A stretch of DNA of 41,560 nucleotides from Halocafeteria seosinensis (Eukaryota), in the NCBI GenBank assembly GCA_001687465.1, contig LVLI01000794.1, positions 1 through 41,560 on the forward strand, read 5' to 3'. How positions within the stretch are numbered: position 1 is the first letter of the stretch; each line of letters starts with the position of its first letter. The translations under genes and the position numbers were made by a program. The notes beneath the pieces were generated by a model. That model searched no databases. It was not told the DNA's origin and was given only the letters and a program-made list of their open reading frames with translations. This document shows positions 11,004 through 25,162 of this stretch, one piece after another.

Positions 11004-14000
11004 ATGGTGTTAACTGCGGTGGAAACGCAAAAATTACGCCAGCATGGACGCCTTGTACAGTCCATTACAAGCCAAATAAAGCGCTTATCGACCTCAGACA
11101 CAAGCTCTCAGGACTCCTCAGGGTGGAAATCTCTTTTAAAGAGGCCCCAGTCCACAGCATGGGACCTCATTGATGCAGCTGTAGCGTGCTTTGAAGGGGT
11201 CAACCTCCAGCAATTCCAGGTATGTAGGGCAGAGACCCCTTCTCCTGACCGTCTTTATGCACACTGTTGTTGGGTTTGCACGATACAGGACAAAGCAAAA
11301 GAATTGCTTCCGATTCAGGAATACAATGAAGATAGCAGTGGTATTGTGCAGGAGATTTTCAATGGCATTTACGAGGTAGCGCAAAGTGAATTCCCGGCAC
11401 GATTCCCCCAGGAAAATGGAAAGCAAGATGAGGGCCACGGGGCATCATCGGAGGCTGATCAACACAGTAATGGGAATACAAAGGAGCATGACGAGGATAA
11501 GGAAGCCAGCGCTGAACGCGAGGCTGAGCAAAGGAAGCGTCGTCACCTCAGAGAGGAGGAAAGATCCCGAAAGGCAGCTAAACTTAGTTTTGTCGATGAC
11601 TCTGATGCTCTAAGCGGATCAAACCACAGAGAAAGGAAAGAAAGGAGGGAGACACACGGAAAGCATTTCCGAAAACCGGGTCAGGAGACTCCGTCTCATC
11701 CGGGGGGAGTAGACCCGCATGTGCAAAAGAGGGTCGAGTACAAGGAGAGACACCCAAGACATGCAGGGATAGAGATGGGGAGAACCCGAGACGACAATAG
11801 GGCGAGTGACATGCAACCACCGCCTCCTCGAAGCTATCGTAGCTCCCATGGAGGAAGCACGAGTAGGCGAGATAGTTATTATAGTAAGTCCACTCTGAAA
11901 GCATCTCATGGTTACACCGAAGAGGGTAGCATCGGTAACTGGGACGAGACTCCACACTCCTCCTTATCAAGATATGGCGATAGAACTCCGCTGCCAGATA
12001 GGAAGGATATGGACGAAAATTGGGACTCAGAACGAGGGAAGGGTGACAGCGGATCGTGGGATGAGATGACGCCATTGCGGGGCTCGTCCAGACGAGCATC
12101 CTCCGTTCGAAGTGCGAATACGTCGGCATCGGAGCGTGCTCGTGCCGACGATATTTTCCGAATGTATGACCAGGAAGGATTGGAAACAGACTTTGATCGG
12201 GCATTTTATACAATGGAAGACGAAGGTGGCCCTCTAGCTGCCGAGGATGGGTCTGATCCTCTGGGCTCAGGAGGCAAATTCGCCAAACGCGAAGAGGAAA
12301 TGTCGAAAGTCCGCAACGCAACATCTGCTTCACTTGGCGACGCCAAAATTTCTGGGAAGAGTGCGCGACAAAGTGCCCAATTTACCGACCAAGACGCCTG
12401 GGAACGAAACCGGCTTCAAAAGGCCGGAATCCAGAAGGGTGGCCGCGTAGATCTAAATTTTACTGATGAATCGGAAAATCGTGTACAGCTGATGGTTCGC
12501 AATGTCAAGCCCCCCTTTTTGGACGGTAGGTATAAATTTTCAGCGCAATCAGAGATGGTCCAGATGATGAGGGACAAGACAAGCGATATGGCAAACGTGG
12601 CTCTATCTGGGAGTCCCATGTTAAAGTATGTCCGTGAGCAACGCGAGAAGACGAAAATGCGTCAACGATTTTGGGAAATCGGTGGCAGTCATATGGGAAA
12701 TGTCATGGGAGTGGAGAAGCCTCCCGATGAGGATGAAGCAGAAGAAAGTGAGCAAATTGAGGCAGCTTTGGAGAAGCAAGGAGAGGATGCTGAGCAACAG
12801 AAGAGAGAGGGAGAAAACCAAAGCGAGGAGAAAACCGAGGAAGAAGCTAAACCAAAGGAACGATCGGAAGAGGATGTAGAGAAAGCACGAGAAGCTGTTG
12901 CCAACAAAGATTTCCGAGAAAGCAGTCGTTTTGCGAAGCATATGGAAAAGAAGTCTGAGGCATCATCGGAGTTTTCTCAACAAAAGACATTAAAGGAGCA
13001 ACGTGAATTTCTTCCGATCCATGCTGTTCGAGATGAATTGATGAAAATTATTGCAGAAAACCAAATAGTTGTGATTGTGGGGGAAACTGGGTCCGGGAAG
13101 ACCACTCAATTGACTCAGTACTTACTAGAAGATGGTTACGCAAACTTCGGAATGATTGGTTGTACACAGCCTCGGCGAGTTGCTGCTATGAGTGTGGCCA
13201 AAAGGGTAAGCGAAGAGTCTAACACGGAGCTTGGTGGTACAATAGGTTACGCAATACGGTTTGAGGATGTTACTAGTAAAGAGACGAAAGTAAAGTATAT
13301 GACTGATGGCGTACTCTTGCGGGAATCACTCCGAGACTCTGACTTAGACCAGTACGCGGCAATTGTTATGGATGAAGCCCATGAACGCAGCCTCAACACT
13401 GATGTGCTTTTTGGGTTATTCAAAAAAGTGCTAGAAAGGCGGCGTGATCTGAAGCTGATTGTCACTTCCGCCACTATGGATGCTGGAAAATTCAGCGCGT
13501 TCTATGGGGACGTCCCCGTGTACCACATTCCTGGTAGAACATTCCCCGTACAAAAGTTTTGGACGAGGTCGACACCACAAGACTATGTGGACGCTGCTGT
13601 TCGACAAGTCATGGGTATCCATCTAAGTGGAAGAGAAGGCGATATTCTAGTATTTATGACAGGCCAGGAGGATATTGAAGCAACTTGTTACCTTATTGCG
13701 GAACGTGTCTCCCAGCTAGAGGACAAGAAGCGCCAGGTACCACCTCTGCTAGTTCTGCCAATGTATAGCCAACTTCCGGCAGACTTGCAGGCAAAAATAT
13801 TTGAGAGGGCTGCTCCTGGAACACGGAAGTGTATCGTGAGCACTAACATCGCGGAAACATCGTTGACTGTGGACGGTATTGTGTATGTGGTGGACAGTGG
13901 ATATTGTAAATTGAAAGTTTACAACCCGAAGATTGGTATGGATGCCCTGCAAATTGTTCCTATAAGTCAAGCCAACGCCAATCAAAGAGCAGGGCGCGCT

Positions 14001-15179
14001 GGAAGGACGGGTCCAGGAGAGTGCTACAGGTTGTATACCGAGTCTGCATACTACAACGAAATGTGGCCCAATCAGATTCCTGAAATCCAAAGGACGAACT
14101 TAAGTAATGTCGTACTCTTACTCAAGAGTCTCGGCGTTCATAATCTTATGGAGTTTGGATTTATGGACCCTCCACCAGAGGGAACTATTACCAACAGTTT
14201 GTACCAGTTATGGGTCCTTGGAGCTCTCGATAACTCTGGCAGCTTAACGAGTCTAGGTCGAGAGATGGTTGAGTTTCCTTTGGATCCTGCATTATCCAAG
14301 ATGGTCATTATGGCCGACCGTCTTCAGTGTACAGCAGAAGTTATCACAGTAGTGTCCATGCTCAGTGTTCCAAATGTGTTCTATCGTCCCAAGGATCGGG
14401 AAGAGGAGAGCGATGCCGCACGAGAAAAATTTTACGTTCCAGAAAGTGACCATTTGACGCTGCTTAATGTTTTTGAACAATGGAAAAAACATGACTACTC
14501 AGCGAGCTGGTGCACGCGCCATTTTATCCACGTGAAAGCTCTCCGGAAGGCTCGTGAGGTCCGTGAGCAGCTACTGGACATTATGAGGAAACAGAAAATG
14601 AAAATGAAAACATGCGGCCACAATTGGGATGTGATTAGAAAGGCTATTTGCAGCTCATACTTTTATAATTCAGCTCGTTTGAAAGGGATAGGTGAATACG
14701 TAAACATGCTCACGGGAATGCCTTGTGTACTACATGGATCGTCAGCCTTATATGGTTTGGGCTATACTCCTGACTACGTAGTGTACCATGAACTTGTGCT
14801 GACTTCGAAGGAGTACATGCAGTGTGTCACGGCCGTAGATCCTGAGTGGTTGGCTGAGCTTGGACCAATGTTTTTCGAAGTTAAGCGCTCGGCGGCGTCA
14901 AGGATGGCAAAGCGTCGAAACGAACGCGCTGACCAAGCCGTTATGGAGCAGCAGCTTGCAGCTCACGAGCATAGGGAACTAGTAGAGAAATCTCAAAATT
15001 CGGGTTCTACCACAGAGTATCTGCAAGGGGCAGAAACACCGTCTAGCACGATCAGCGAGAGTATGGACTCCAAGGCCAATCGCCAGAATGCTCCTACTCC
15101 AAAGGGTGGCCAAAGTATCGCCACACCTGGCTCGACACCGTTTGGGCGACGCCGACGAACCAAACGAATTGGCTTGTGA
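11004..15179 (+). CDS. PRP16: Pre-mRNA splicing DEAH helicase Prp16/DHX38; probable in-frame 69-nt intron 11220-11288
   Basis: [42 protein letters not shown] and QRAGRAGR, plus Prp16-specific [20 protein letters not shown] and [26 protein letters not shown]. Confidence 0.96.
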   Translation: MVLTAVETQKLRQHGRLVQSITSQIKRLSTSDTSSQDSSGWKSLLKRPQSTAWDLIDAAVACFEGVNLQQFQVCRAETPSPDRLYAHCCWVCTIQDKAKELLPIQEYNEDSSGIVQEIFNGIYEVAQSEFPARFPQENGKQDEGHGASSEADQHSNGNTKEHDEDKEASAEREAEQRKRRHLREEERSRKAAKLSFVDDSDALSGSNHRERKERRETHGKHFRKPGQETPSHPGGVDPHVQKRVEYKERHPRHAGIEMGRTRDDNRASDMQPPPPRSYRSSHGGSTSRRDSYYSKSTLKASHGYTEEGSIGNWDETPHSSLSRYGDRTPLPDRKDMDENWDSERGKGDSGSWDEMTPLRGSSRRASSVRSANTSASERARADDIFRMYDQEGLETDFDRAFYTMEDEGGPLAAEDGSDPLGSGGKFAKREEEMSKVRNATSASLGDAKISGKSARQSAQFTDQDAWERNRLQKAGIQKGGRVDLNFTDESENRVQLMVRNVKPPFLDGRYKFSAQSEMVQMMRDKTSDMANVALSGSPMLKYVREQREKTKMRQRFWEIGGSHMGNVMGVEKPPDEDEAEESEQIEAALEKQGEDAEQQKREGENQSEEKTEEEAKPKERSEEDVEKAREAVANKDFRESSRFAKHMEKKSEASSEFSQQKTLKEQREFLPIHAVRDELMKIIAENQIVVIVGETGSGKTTQLTQYLLEDGYANFGMIGCTQPRRVAAMSVAKRVSEESNTELGGTIGYAIRFEDVTSKETKVKYMTDGVLLRESLRDSDLDQYAAIVMDEAHERSLNTDVLFGLFKKVLERRRDLKLIVTSATMDAGKFSAFYGDVPVYHIPGRTFPVQKFWTRSTPQDYVDAAVRQVMGIHLSGREGDILVFMTGQEDIEATCYLIAERVSQLEDKKRQVPPLLVLPMYSQLPADLQAKIFERAAPGTRKCIVSTNIAETSLTVDGIVYVVDSGYCKLKVYNPKIGMDALQIVPISQANANQRAGRAGRTGPGECYRLYTESAYYNEMWPNQIPEIQRTNLSNVVLLLKSLGVHNLMEFGFMDPPPEGTITNSLYQLWVLGALDNSGSLTSLGREMVEFPLDPALSKMVIMADRLQCTAEVITVVSMLSVPNVFYRPKDREEESDAAREKFYVPESDHLTLLNVFEQWKKHDYSASWCTRHFIHVKALRKAREVREQLLDIMRKQKMKMKTCGHNWDVIRKAICSSYFYNSARLKGIGEYVNMLTGMPCVLHGSSALYGLGYTPDYVVYHELVLTSKEYMQCVTAVDPEWLAELGPMFFEVKRSAASRMAKRRNERADQAVMEQQLAAHEHRELVEKSQNSGSTTEYLQGAETPSSTISESMDSKANRQNAPTPKGGQSIATPGSTPFGRRRRTKRIGL

Positions 15180-15787
15180 GCTTTTTTGCTGAGTGAGAAG
15201 CATGGAGTATATGAACATAGGAAGACTCCTTAACATTCCCCCACCCTATACCGGTTGCTTTGTCTTGCTTTGTTTTTTGATACTGACGGAGTACTTGGAA
15301 TCAACATGCTATGCTTTCAAAGTATACAATTGTAAATGCAAGTTGTACTATACTCTAACACTCTACCACACAAGTTAGTCAACTTGTCCACTGTCACCTG
15401 AAACTTAGACAACTTCGAAGTCGTAGCTAATTCCCTTGTTTCTCCTCAGGTTCTTAGCTAAGTGCAGGCTATTTCAGAGCAACTGCTTCCCGTTGGACCC
15501 TCAGTCGCGCTTCAGGAAGTACAGAACTGAAGATTGTGGCAATTTCCGATGTTTAAGTGACCACACTCATTGAACGATACCCCACATAGCCTCGAGGTGC
15601 CCTCTGGATCTTGTTTATCTCCACGTCGAACGGCGCTATCTGGCATGAATTGGAGATGCCAGTACGTATGTCCTTTAGTCAAAATCACACGAGCGCTGCC
15701 TACTTGAAAGAAATTCCAATTCAAACGGGATAATAACAATGTAGTTAGCAAAAGCTATTTGTATTTCACAATGTCTCGACCCCTTGC

Positions 15788-18565
15788 TCAGTGGCAAGCA
15801 GTAGTAAAGCCATGACCCCCATAGCGATCATCTCCGAATTCGAATTTCCCTTCCACGTAGTGTTTGTGGGTTGGAAAATCCGGCTTGGGAGCGTGGATAT
15901 CGGCCAGCTTTGTATGTCCCCTTCCCATCGTTCGCATTAATCCTGGCGACAACTCTTGGTTTTCCTTCCTTCTTCGGCTGCAACAAGGCATGATAACTAT
16001 TAACAGTACCAGGAGAGTGGTGGCGTACACCGAGTTACGTACCTTTGGACCGCTCTTCAAGACAGGATTGGACGGAGCTATAAACGGTTTTTCAGAGTCT
16101 CCGCTGTTGACATTCGTCTGCTTGGCTTGAGGGCCAGGCCCATTTGCGCGGTTTTCCGGACCCTTTTCCATTACATGGTCCGTTTCCTCGCTTTTTGGTC
16201 CCTTCCAGGTAGCCGATGCCTCGGCTGTATTATCTTCTGCAATTCGCCCAGTCGAATCAAGATACAGACCACCCATAAGATTCTTGAATTGCGGCGGGTG
16301 CTGTTTCTTGTTATCTCGTCTTAAAAAGTCCGCGCGCGTAATCGGACGTCTCGCATTATCGGCTTCATTACTCTCTTTTTGATGTACTTCCGAAGATTTT
16401 TTCTTCGTATGCTGTTTATTCAAAAAGGAAGGATCGTTTGTTTCCTCCGGAGTATCAATTACCCGCAACGCATTTTCATTTCCCCGGGATCCTTGAGATG
16501 TGCCAGCCCGCTTCTGTTTCCTATTCGTGCCTCTAGAGCCTACCTTCTTCTCCGATACTTTGACCGATTTCTTCGGAAATTTCTTGCTTTGTGTTTCCCA
16601 CTTAATTTCCTGGTCCCAATCAAATCCTTTGTGACATGCGTCCGAGTGCGTCGTCGAATTTGCCTTATAGGAAACCGCGGTAGCTGCTGCCTCATTCACA
16701 GTCTCATTCACATTCGTCTCCGGGGAAATCGGCTCCAGTTCAGATCGCCAAGGTTGTGTGACTGTTTTCTTGTTCTTGCTCGATGAAAATGAGATTACCT
16801 TCTTGGGCTTCTCAGGTCCCGTTTTATCGCCTTGCCGTCGCCCAGCTCCTTCATTAAAGAACTCTTGAAGAGGATATTCGTCAGCAACAGAGTGGCTCGA
16901 ATTCGACTTTTCGTCTTCGTGGTCGCTCAGAGATAGTTGAGCCACAGATTCCTCATATTTCATGGGAGATTGTGCATGCTTGGACTCTTCAACAGATTCG
17001 TTTTCTTCAGACTTGCTTTCTACACTTTCAAAGTCATGGTCCTCATTTATTTCTTCTTCTTCTTTCCTTAATTTAGGTCCTTTTTCGTGCGGTTGCGAAA
17101 TGGGAGACTGTAAACGCTTAGCTTGTTGCGATTGCTTGATATCCTTATTTCCCGTATTGCTGGTTAGCGGACTTGGTTTGCGTGCAAAGTTCCCTGCACC
17201 GTTGGCTCTGGGCTTCGACTTGTTACGAGTCTTGTTATTTCTTGAGGGAGCAAACTTTCTTCCGCCGTCAAGCTCATTTGGCGATTTACTAGAATGGCGA
17301 CGAGTTTCATCTCTTACAGGTACCTGGGAAGGTGTCATCCCATATTCTTCCTCCAGGCCTTCAAACCATGGATGATCAATAGCTTCTTTAGCGGTGATTC
17401 GCCGTCTCGGGTCCATGTATAGGCATCTGCGCATAAAGTCCAGTGCTTCACTAGGAAGGTACTTCCCATACTTTTTCTGCAATGTATCATGCCGGTGCAA
17501 CATATCGGGGAATCTCAATCCCTTAAACCTCGGGTTCTTCATAAATATCTGCATCTGGTCTGAAGTCATTGGCCCTATTATTTCTTGAATTACATAAAGC
17601 TGATCAATCTCGTTTTCACCCGGAAAGAGTGGCTGTCCGTCCGTTAACTCTCCCATGATGCAGCCAATTGCCCATATATCAACCGCGAAGGTGTAGTCAG
17701 TAGTACTGAGTAAAAGCTCTGGCGCGCGATACCAGCGCGTTGCCACGTAATCAGTTAATTCATCATTATTGGCAGTAGAGATGGTCCTCGCAAAACCTGT
17801 GTGATAAAGTAGGAGACTACAGTGCCCCGGTAACAATGCTTACACGGAACGACCGCTGTAAACATACCAAAATCGCAAAGCTTGAGAGTTCTCTTCTGTG
17901 GGTCAACCAACAGATTCTCAGGTTTGATATCACGGTGCACAACACTATGAGAATGGCACCAGTGTATGGCCATGCATAATTGGTAGATATACCGCCGAAC
18001 GCTTTCCGCTGCGTCCCCAAGAGAAATGAAACTGTAGCAGCAGCGACGCCATCCTGTGCAGCTCACATACCATTCAAGCCTTTCGGGTTTTCTTCTAAAA
18101 TCTCCAATAAATTTCGTGGAACATATTCGAATACAAGGTAAAGCTTTCCCTGAGAGTCCGGAGAACATATGTCGATGTATTAAATTGGAAACGGATCACA
18201 TGCTAATCGTACCTTCCTTCTGAATGCCTCGTGCAATAACACGATGTTTTGCTGCTCCAACAGCCGTAATATTTTTACTTCGCGTAACGTCGTTTTCCGA
18301 ACCAAGTCGTCTTCTGCAAAGGGATAGGTACACCCGGGTATTTCCATAACGCGGTACCGGGGCTGCTCGTGTCGCACCTTCACTCTCTTTGAATTTCTTC
18401 ACTGCACAGATGTCATTGGTGGACTGCACAGACAACAGATGCATTCAGTTGAGAGCCAAACACTTCCTTGATCGATTGCTATTTAGCACTTACGCGATTT
18501 CGACATTTTAGCACGACACCGTATGCTCCCTCTCCGACAATACCTAGAACCTCGTATTTATTCAT
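15788..18565 (-). CDS. Cyclin-dependent kinase-like (CDKL5-type) kinase with a long disordered tail; multi-exon, 3' end uncertain
   Basis: Exon 1 (18494-18565) reads [24 protein letters not shown], followed by [43 protein letters not shown] and [14 protein letters not shown] (TDY loop). Exons are joined by 60-70-nt GT-AG introns. Confidence 0.9.
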
Positions 18566-19307
18566 ACTGCGCCCCCGTCGATCCCAGCACAACCAATACC
18601 ACGGGAGGCGCTTATAGCTATCCGCTCCACACCCAAGAAGATGTAAGGTGAATATGGAGCACTCTATAAGCCTTATATGATACGAGACCCAAAACTGTCA
18701 ACTGGGGCTCCCGTAGCAAAGCCCCCAAGCGCTACGATCACCAGCCGTTCACACCCCAAACTTGCGCGGGTATACCAGTCTCCTGCATCCAAGGGAAACA
18801 CTCGAATGTAACACAGAAATGGTTCATATCGTACTGTATGTTAAGGGGAGGAAACGCGCCAATTCCTCCGGACCGCAAATCTTCAACTTACCTTTCCCAT
18901 TCGCCCTGCGCAGTACAACTACCAGCAACGATGAAGGCTACGTACAGACAAGCATGGCACGGAAGTAAGGTGCTAAATATTCACACTACACTACACGAAA
19001 CATGCATCTAGAATCTCTTCTTCGAGTCGGTCCGGGAATGGGAGAATCTTTCCTTTCACTTCCAACTCCCTTCGTTGCTGTGCTTCGCTCCTCGTCACGT
19101 CACGTCACCGAGTCTCTGACCTGACGGACACCAGTCAGACATGACCGTAGGAATCGGAATCACAAAAATGCATCTTCTGAAGGAAAATAGTAAAGAGAAA
19201 AATCAATGGATCAGACCCACTGCCAATGCAGATTCTTCGTTACAGCACCTACAGTACAACAGGTTACAAATATGCGGACCACGTCCAAAAAATTGTGACA
19301 TCTAGTG

Positions 19308-21611
19308 CTATTCAAACGAATGATTATATTCTTGTAGAAGCTGCTCCAAACGATTAGTTGGACTATAATTCCCCTGTGCAGCGGTTGAGGAAGGAACATA
19401 AATTCCATCATCGTGCTCTTGCATGTCTGCTGTGTTTCCGGAAGGTTCATGTTGTTGCGGGTGGCCGAAGGGACTGTTGTGCGGGCGGGAAATGTAAACC
19501 TCGGATCTTTGAGAGACATTTTCTTTCCCCTCTTTTGTTCTAGTTTCGCTTTTCGACGAGTTATTTTGTTTCAACTGCTGCAGGTAGGATTTTGTGTCAC
19601 TAGACATTGCGAAAGTTCCGGTATATTTGTTGCCAGCCGGCCTCATCCTTTGCTGGTTTGAGTCAGCTAGTTCGTTCCTTCGCGGAGCTCCAGCATCTTC
19701 CTCCAAAGAAAGACTTTCACCGCCGGCAATGTTGTCGGTCGCACGCCTTCCTGACCGACTGTCCTCGGCTACAGTAGAAGCCCTTATGTTAGATTCCCGC
19801 GCAAGTAGGGCATTAGTCTTATGTAACTTCGCCTGCATTTGCTGTAGTTGATGCTCATACTTCTGGGATAACTGATCATTCTGCTTATATAGAGAAGATA
19901 TTCTGTTTTGCGCTGATTCTAAGGACGGCTGTAGACGCGATATCTCTTCATCTTTGGAGGCAAGCTGCCGGTTTGATTCTGAGAGCTTCTTCGTATAGTT
20001 CTCTTGTAATTCATTCATTTGTTTCGTTAAGGACTCTTGCATATCGTAATATTGTCGCAATAGAGCATGATAATTTTCATTGTACTCTTTCTGGCGCTTA
20101 TCAAAGTCATCTCGGTATTCCTGTAGTCGCTGCTCAAAGTCTTCCTCATACTTCTTTCTCACATTTTCAACCCTAGCGTTTTCTTCCTGCTTCATTTTGT
20201 CTAGCCGCTGTTCATACTCCGCTGAGGTTTCATGAAGTTCGCCCTTTAAGTCTTCCAGTTCCTTTCTGAGAGAGGATTGTGACTGCGAGTTATCGAACTT
20301 GGATCTATCAAGCTCAGATGCCATTCGTTGATTGTCTTCCCTTAATTGTCGCTCAATTCCCTGCAAGCGTTGACTAGCTACGGATAACATCAAATCTGAG
20401 CAACCCAAGTTGCAAGTTAGCTTACACGAAGTTTTTCAATCCTTTCATTCATGTGGTCCTTTTCCTTCTCTAATTGATTAATATATTCTTTAGTGTCTTT
20501 CAGTTTTGCATCCTTTTCCCTCAAGGCGGTCGTTGTTTGGGAGAACCTGTTCCATAACTTGTCATATTTATCTTGAAGCGTATTGTAGCTCTGCTCCAAC
20601 TCTTTCAAGGAACATTTTATATCCCTATTTTCGATATTCAGCGACTGTGCAGTGGATACCCATCTCTGAGCGTTTAACGCGTATGTTTCCGACTCATTTT
20701 GGTACGACTCCAACACTCCCCACAGGTGACCCGGAACCGGTTGGTTTTGTGCTAGCTGATTATTGAATGTCTCGCCTGATGTAACCGACGTCAGAGGATT
20801 TCCTGTTGTGCACACCCGTGCTTCTGGAGCAGATGTTTCCAGTTTAAAGCTAGTAAAATTGCTGGTGATTTCCGGGGCATCGTGAGTCTTTCGTTCTTCA
20901 ACTGCAGTGTCCGACAGTGAATACGCACCGCGTGTGATAAATGTTTTAAAAAGCCAAATACCACATACCATTTTCTTTGACAGACTTCGCCTCTGTCTGG
21001 TGGTTGTGGTATTCGTTGATCCACCTGTCGTTGTAGCCGCGAGAAGACACTGCATGGACGGAAGAAAATGATCAGTAAAACTGATACCCAGGCTGAAACA
21101 ATTTAGCTAGATACGTACGTCGCATGTCGGCATCGGCTTTCACCGTGCTCGATTCGGGTCCGTCCTGAAGTACAAGTTGTATCTGTGCTTACCCAGCCTT
21201 ACGTAGCAAACCGAGTACAATCCATACCTGCTGCGCAATATCAGCGTTGCTCACTTCCGTCACTCCTAGCTGGCCGAGCCACTGATCGAAAACTTCCTCG
21301 ATGCTATTAGCAGTACTGGCGGCGTCATCCTCATGGCCCTCATGACCATCCTGCCGTTGTACACTTTCCCACCCAAGGTTCCCAACTTCCCTTGTTCGCC
21401 CATCAGGTTGCTGTTCCTCTTGAGCATACGCATGTCCAATATAACTGGTAGGATACTTCTTGACGGCCTTCTGCCGCTCGGTTGCGGTTGCGGTGTGGGA
21501 ATGAGATCCCGCTGGTGGAGGAGGCTCGGGATAGGACCTCAATGAGTTGCGATATGCTCGCAACTCAGCCACACGGTCACTGAGATACTCTTCCTGCTGA
21601 TTGGAGCTCAT
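19308..21611 (-). CDS. Uncharacterised coiled-coil protein, multi-exon
   Basis: Three long minus-strand ORF segments are separated by GT-AG-bounded gaps. The middle is an E/K/Q/L heptad-rich helix with low-complexity ends. The likely start is MSSNQQEEY at 21611. Confidence 0.65.
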
Positions 21612-22257
21612 TGTATAAGCCTTCCGTTTGGGATCAACCAGCATGTGATCACAGCGGAGCAATTCTACCACTTGTAATTGAGCTAGAAGGCTAGTACGAC
21701 CAGACCAGTGTTAACGGCCGATGACGTTTGTGAACTTCACGTGGAGTTACACCAACGTACGTTGTACTAAGAGTGTTGCCAACTTGCCAAACAACTTGGT
21801 CTTACCAAGTGCAGCTGCAGCAAGAGGCAGGTTTTACAGTGTTCTTATGCTCAGCGCTGTTTCACTCACTACATAGGCTGAGACCGCAAAAGATAAAGAG
21901 TGGTAGCTCGCTAAACTTCGGGGCTATGGAAGTGGATCGCTGTTGTTCTATATATGGACGCATACGCGAACTTATACTGACTAGTAAGCGTCCTTCGACG
22001 ATGGCATACAGCGTTTATGGACGGATCTATCAAGCAAAGTTCCTATACTTGCTTACGAAAACGTTTACTGACGGATGAGAAGTCAACGAAGGACATCAAT
22101 AACTCCGTGATCTTCTCGGCGACGCTTGGATATCGACAGCTGCAAATTGTTGAGGCAGAGAGTGTGCCCAGTGGCGCACTGCCCACTTGGCAGGATGGAC
22201 CGCTTCAATGTCAGTACTAACTTCATAGCTCCGATGCCTGTTGGAGACAAAAGCAGA

Positions 22258-23887
22258 TCAGGGAGCCGTAAACACCTTGACCACACCAGAATTCAAAGAC
22301 GCAATCAAGCGAGTCCCAGTATTGTCCCATCGTACATCCATTACGGGAGCATCAAATACTTTCTTAAGGGTGAGACTTCCATCATGCAGATTCCAAAACG
22401 CCACAACATGATCAAGACAGCCACATGCAAGGGTGCTACCATCCGGGGAGATGTCTATACTAGAAACCGGCCCAATTTCTCCAGAAAATTTGCGAAGTCG
22501 TTTGCCCACTTGGGTATCCCAAACACAAATTGTTCCATCATACGAGCCACTCGCTATCCGATGTACGAGGGTAAGCTCCGGTGTGACAGCAATACAGCTA
22601 ACCTCTTTGGAATGGTCACTCAATATAAACTTCGTCGAGGCATTCGCTGTCCACTGTTCAGACCCATCAGAGGTATGATGAGTAACATCTATATTCCATA
22701 TTCTAGTGGTAAGATCATCCGAGCAAGATATTAAATTGTTTCCCGCGAAATCCCATCTTAATGCATTGACTTCGTCCCTGTGACCCGTAAGGACTTTAAG
22801 GACAGAGCCGCGGTGATTTGCAGGCGTATCGTCCTCGTCGTCAACAGGTTGTCCTGTAAGCCCATACAAGACGATGTTGGCATCCGATGAAGCACTAGCC
22901 ATGATGTAGTCATCTCGCCATGCAGCATCCATTATGGGTCCGATGTGTTGATTGCTCCTGTATACCATTCTCAATTCCTCACTTTCATACCAGATGCAAC
23001 TTCCATCCTCGCTAAAAGAGCATAGCATTCTGCCCGAAGGGTTCCATCTTACACCATGTACTCTCTTTGTATGATGATGCCTAGCGAATAGAAGTTCCCC
23101 ATCAGTATCCCACATACATACGTGTCCATCGCTAAGCCCGGTGACGATGAGACTGCCTTCCGGATGCCAAGTGCCACAGGTTATTTGAATTGGTTGATCT
23201 GATAAGTGGTGCTTTGTATGATCAATGTCTAATAAAAGCTCTATTTTTCCTGATCGAGTCAGTTTCCAAACCCTCGATAAGCTATCAGCCCCACTGCATA
23301 CCATGTCAAAGTAGGAAGTTAGTCCAAGGAAAACAATTCTGGTTTTGGGAGGGTATACATACCACGACAGAAATCGGCTATTGTCTGCTCTTGTCGGATT
23401 CCAACACAATGCATGGATTTCTGACTTATGAGAGCTCACTGTTGCTACCGTCCACTCGTTATCTTTCTCCAGTGTATCTCCTGCACCACGAAATGCATTA
23501 ACGAACGTTCTTGCCGGACCCAAAGTGTGGCTTCGAGCACGTACCTTTTGCCTGCATGCGTAACAGGTCGACAATAGATTCTGGGGCATCCTGTGTACCG
23601 TCCTGCATTCTCTTGTCGGTGTCGTCATTAGAGGCCGCCGCTGCTGCATTCCCCTGCTGTGAGACGCGATGGGTGGTTTCCAGTTCCCGCTCGATTTCCA
23701 TAAACATGGACGCCTTTTGCAAGAGGGACACGAGTGCCCCCGGTGGCACCTCCTGTGCATTCGAGTGGGTTATAGAGGAGCGTGTAAGGAGACTTTCATG
23801 GCCGAAACAGAAGGCTGAATGCGAATACCCGGCCTCCTCCAGGTACTTGTACACCAGTAAATTAATCTCATCCGTATTCAAACTCAT
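22258..23887 (-). CDS. TBL1XR1: TBL1/TBL1XR1/Sif2-like LisH + WD40 corepressor subunit; introns 23481-23544 and 23294-23362
   Basis: LisH MSLNTDEINLLVYKYLEEAGYSHSAFCFGHES...VPPGALVSLLQKA. WD40 repeats include LTGHRDEVNALRWD, SCSDDLTTRIW and ASGSYDGTICVWD. Confidence 0.9.
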
Positions 23888-24108
23888 GATTGTCTCTTCC
23901 TTTCTTTCATTCTGTGTGTGGTAGTACGAACAACACATGTGATATATCCCATCTACAACACTGCTAACGGTGAAAGAGCCCCCCCTGGAGAGGCCCATCA
24001 CTTTAACAGGCTGAGGGTTGTCACATACGACACTATGTGCTATACTCTCTTCAATGCATAAAACTGCAATGTTTTATCAATCTAACGAGCTATAAACCTG
24101 TGGCGTTC

Positions 24109-25162
24109 ATGGACTCAATGACAACAAACGGAAAGGCTTCTTTTCTGGACACGAACACGAGACAAGCACTGCTGGACAGCAAAGAAATACCCATGACAGC
24201 TCAAGCCCCCATGGACCAATCTTCGACCTCAATACCCATGGGCGATTATCAGGAGCAGAAAAACTCGTCTGAGCCTCCTGTGACGGGCCGGTCGCCCGTG
24301 TATCAGGAACCGAGGCAGCAAAGGCGTCCACCTAAATACAATACGCAAGCTGGGTCCGATGAAAATGGAGGTGAATTATCCTGTAGCGCGCTATGCACTT
24401 GCTGCGGTATTTGTGGAAAAATGCAAGGAAACACCCTACGATGCTGGGGCGGTGAAAAGACTAGATATTTCCCATTTACATGTGAGTATCCTCGAGGAAG
24501 TTTGCGGATTCGGCGCGAACAACAGTGTACATGTGCATGCTGTATACAGGCATGATTGGACCGCATTGGCCTTTAAATCTGTGTGTGTGGGGCATTCTTT
24601 TGATACCCGGGGCTATATACTTCGTCTTCGTGTACGTGTCTAAACCGAAGGAGCAGCGCTCCCACCAAGGCCCCGTCCCTATAACAGTTGTGGAATGTTG
24701 CAGAGCTAGCGATATTGACGGAACGACCGGGATTGCTATATTTGTTGTGTCCGCGTTGCTTATTGCAAGCGCTCTCGTGGCCTTAGCATGTACATCTTTC
24801 AGTGATCCAGGATACTTACCGCGGCTTACCCCCGAGGAAGCTGAGCAACAGGTAGGATATGGTCAAGTTTCGTGTTCTCGTTTTGCCGTCACTTCCGTAC
24901 TTGAATGATACAGAGAGAGCTTCTGGTGGAAAGCAATGAACTCAATAAGAGAGCACTTTGCAGAGAGTGCAACCAATTCAGAACTGCTGAGACGCACCAT
25001 TGCTACGATTGTAACAGGTGTTGCGAGGAGCTCGATCATCATTGCCCCTGGATGGGAAAAGATATCGGGAAGTATAACTTACAATTCTTCTACTGCTTTT
25101 TATGGTCTTTCTGTATTTCCATTATCTTCGCCGTTATTACGACGTTTGTGGTCGTGCTTTGA
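24109..25162 (+). CDS. DHHC palmitoyl S-acyltransferase, 4 exons
   Basis: TM segments, SDPGYLPR, and CRECNQFRTAETHHCYDCNRCCEELDHHCPWMGKDIGKYN. GT-AG introns lie at ~24482-24549, ~24632-24702 and ~24852-24913. Confidence 0.88.

Noticed and set aside
11136..14492. Antisense and alternate-frame ORFs within Prp16 (and similar ones within CDKL, TBL1 and the repeat protein)
   Set aside because: They are shadow ORFs of long coding regions with no independent evidence.
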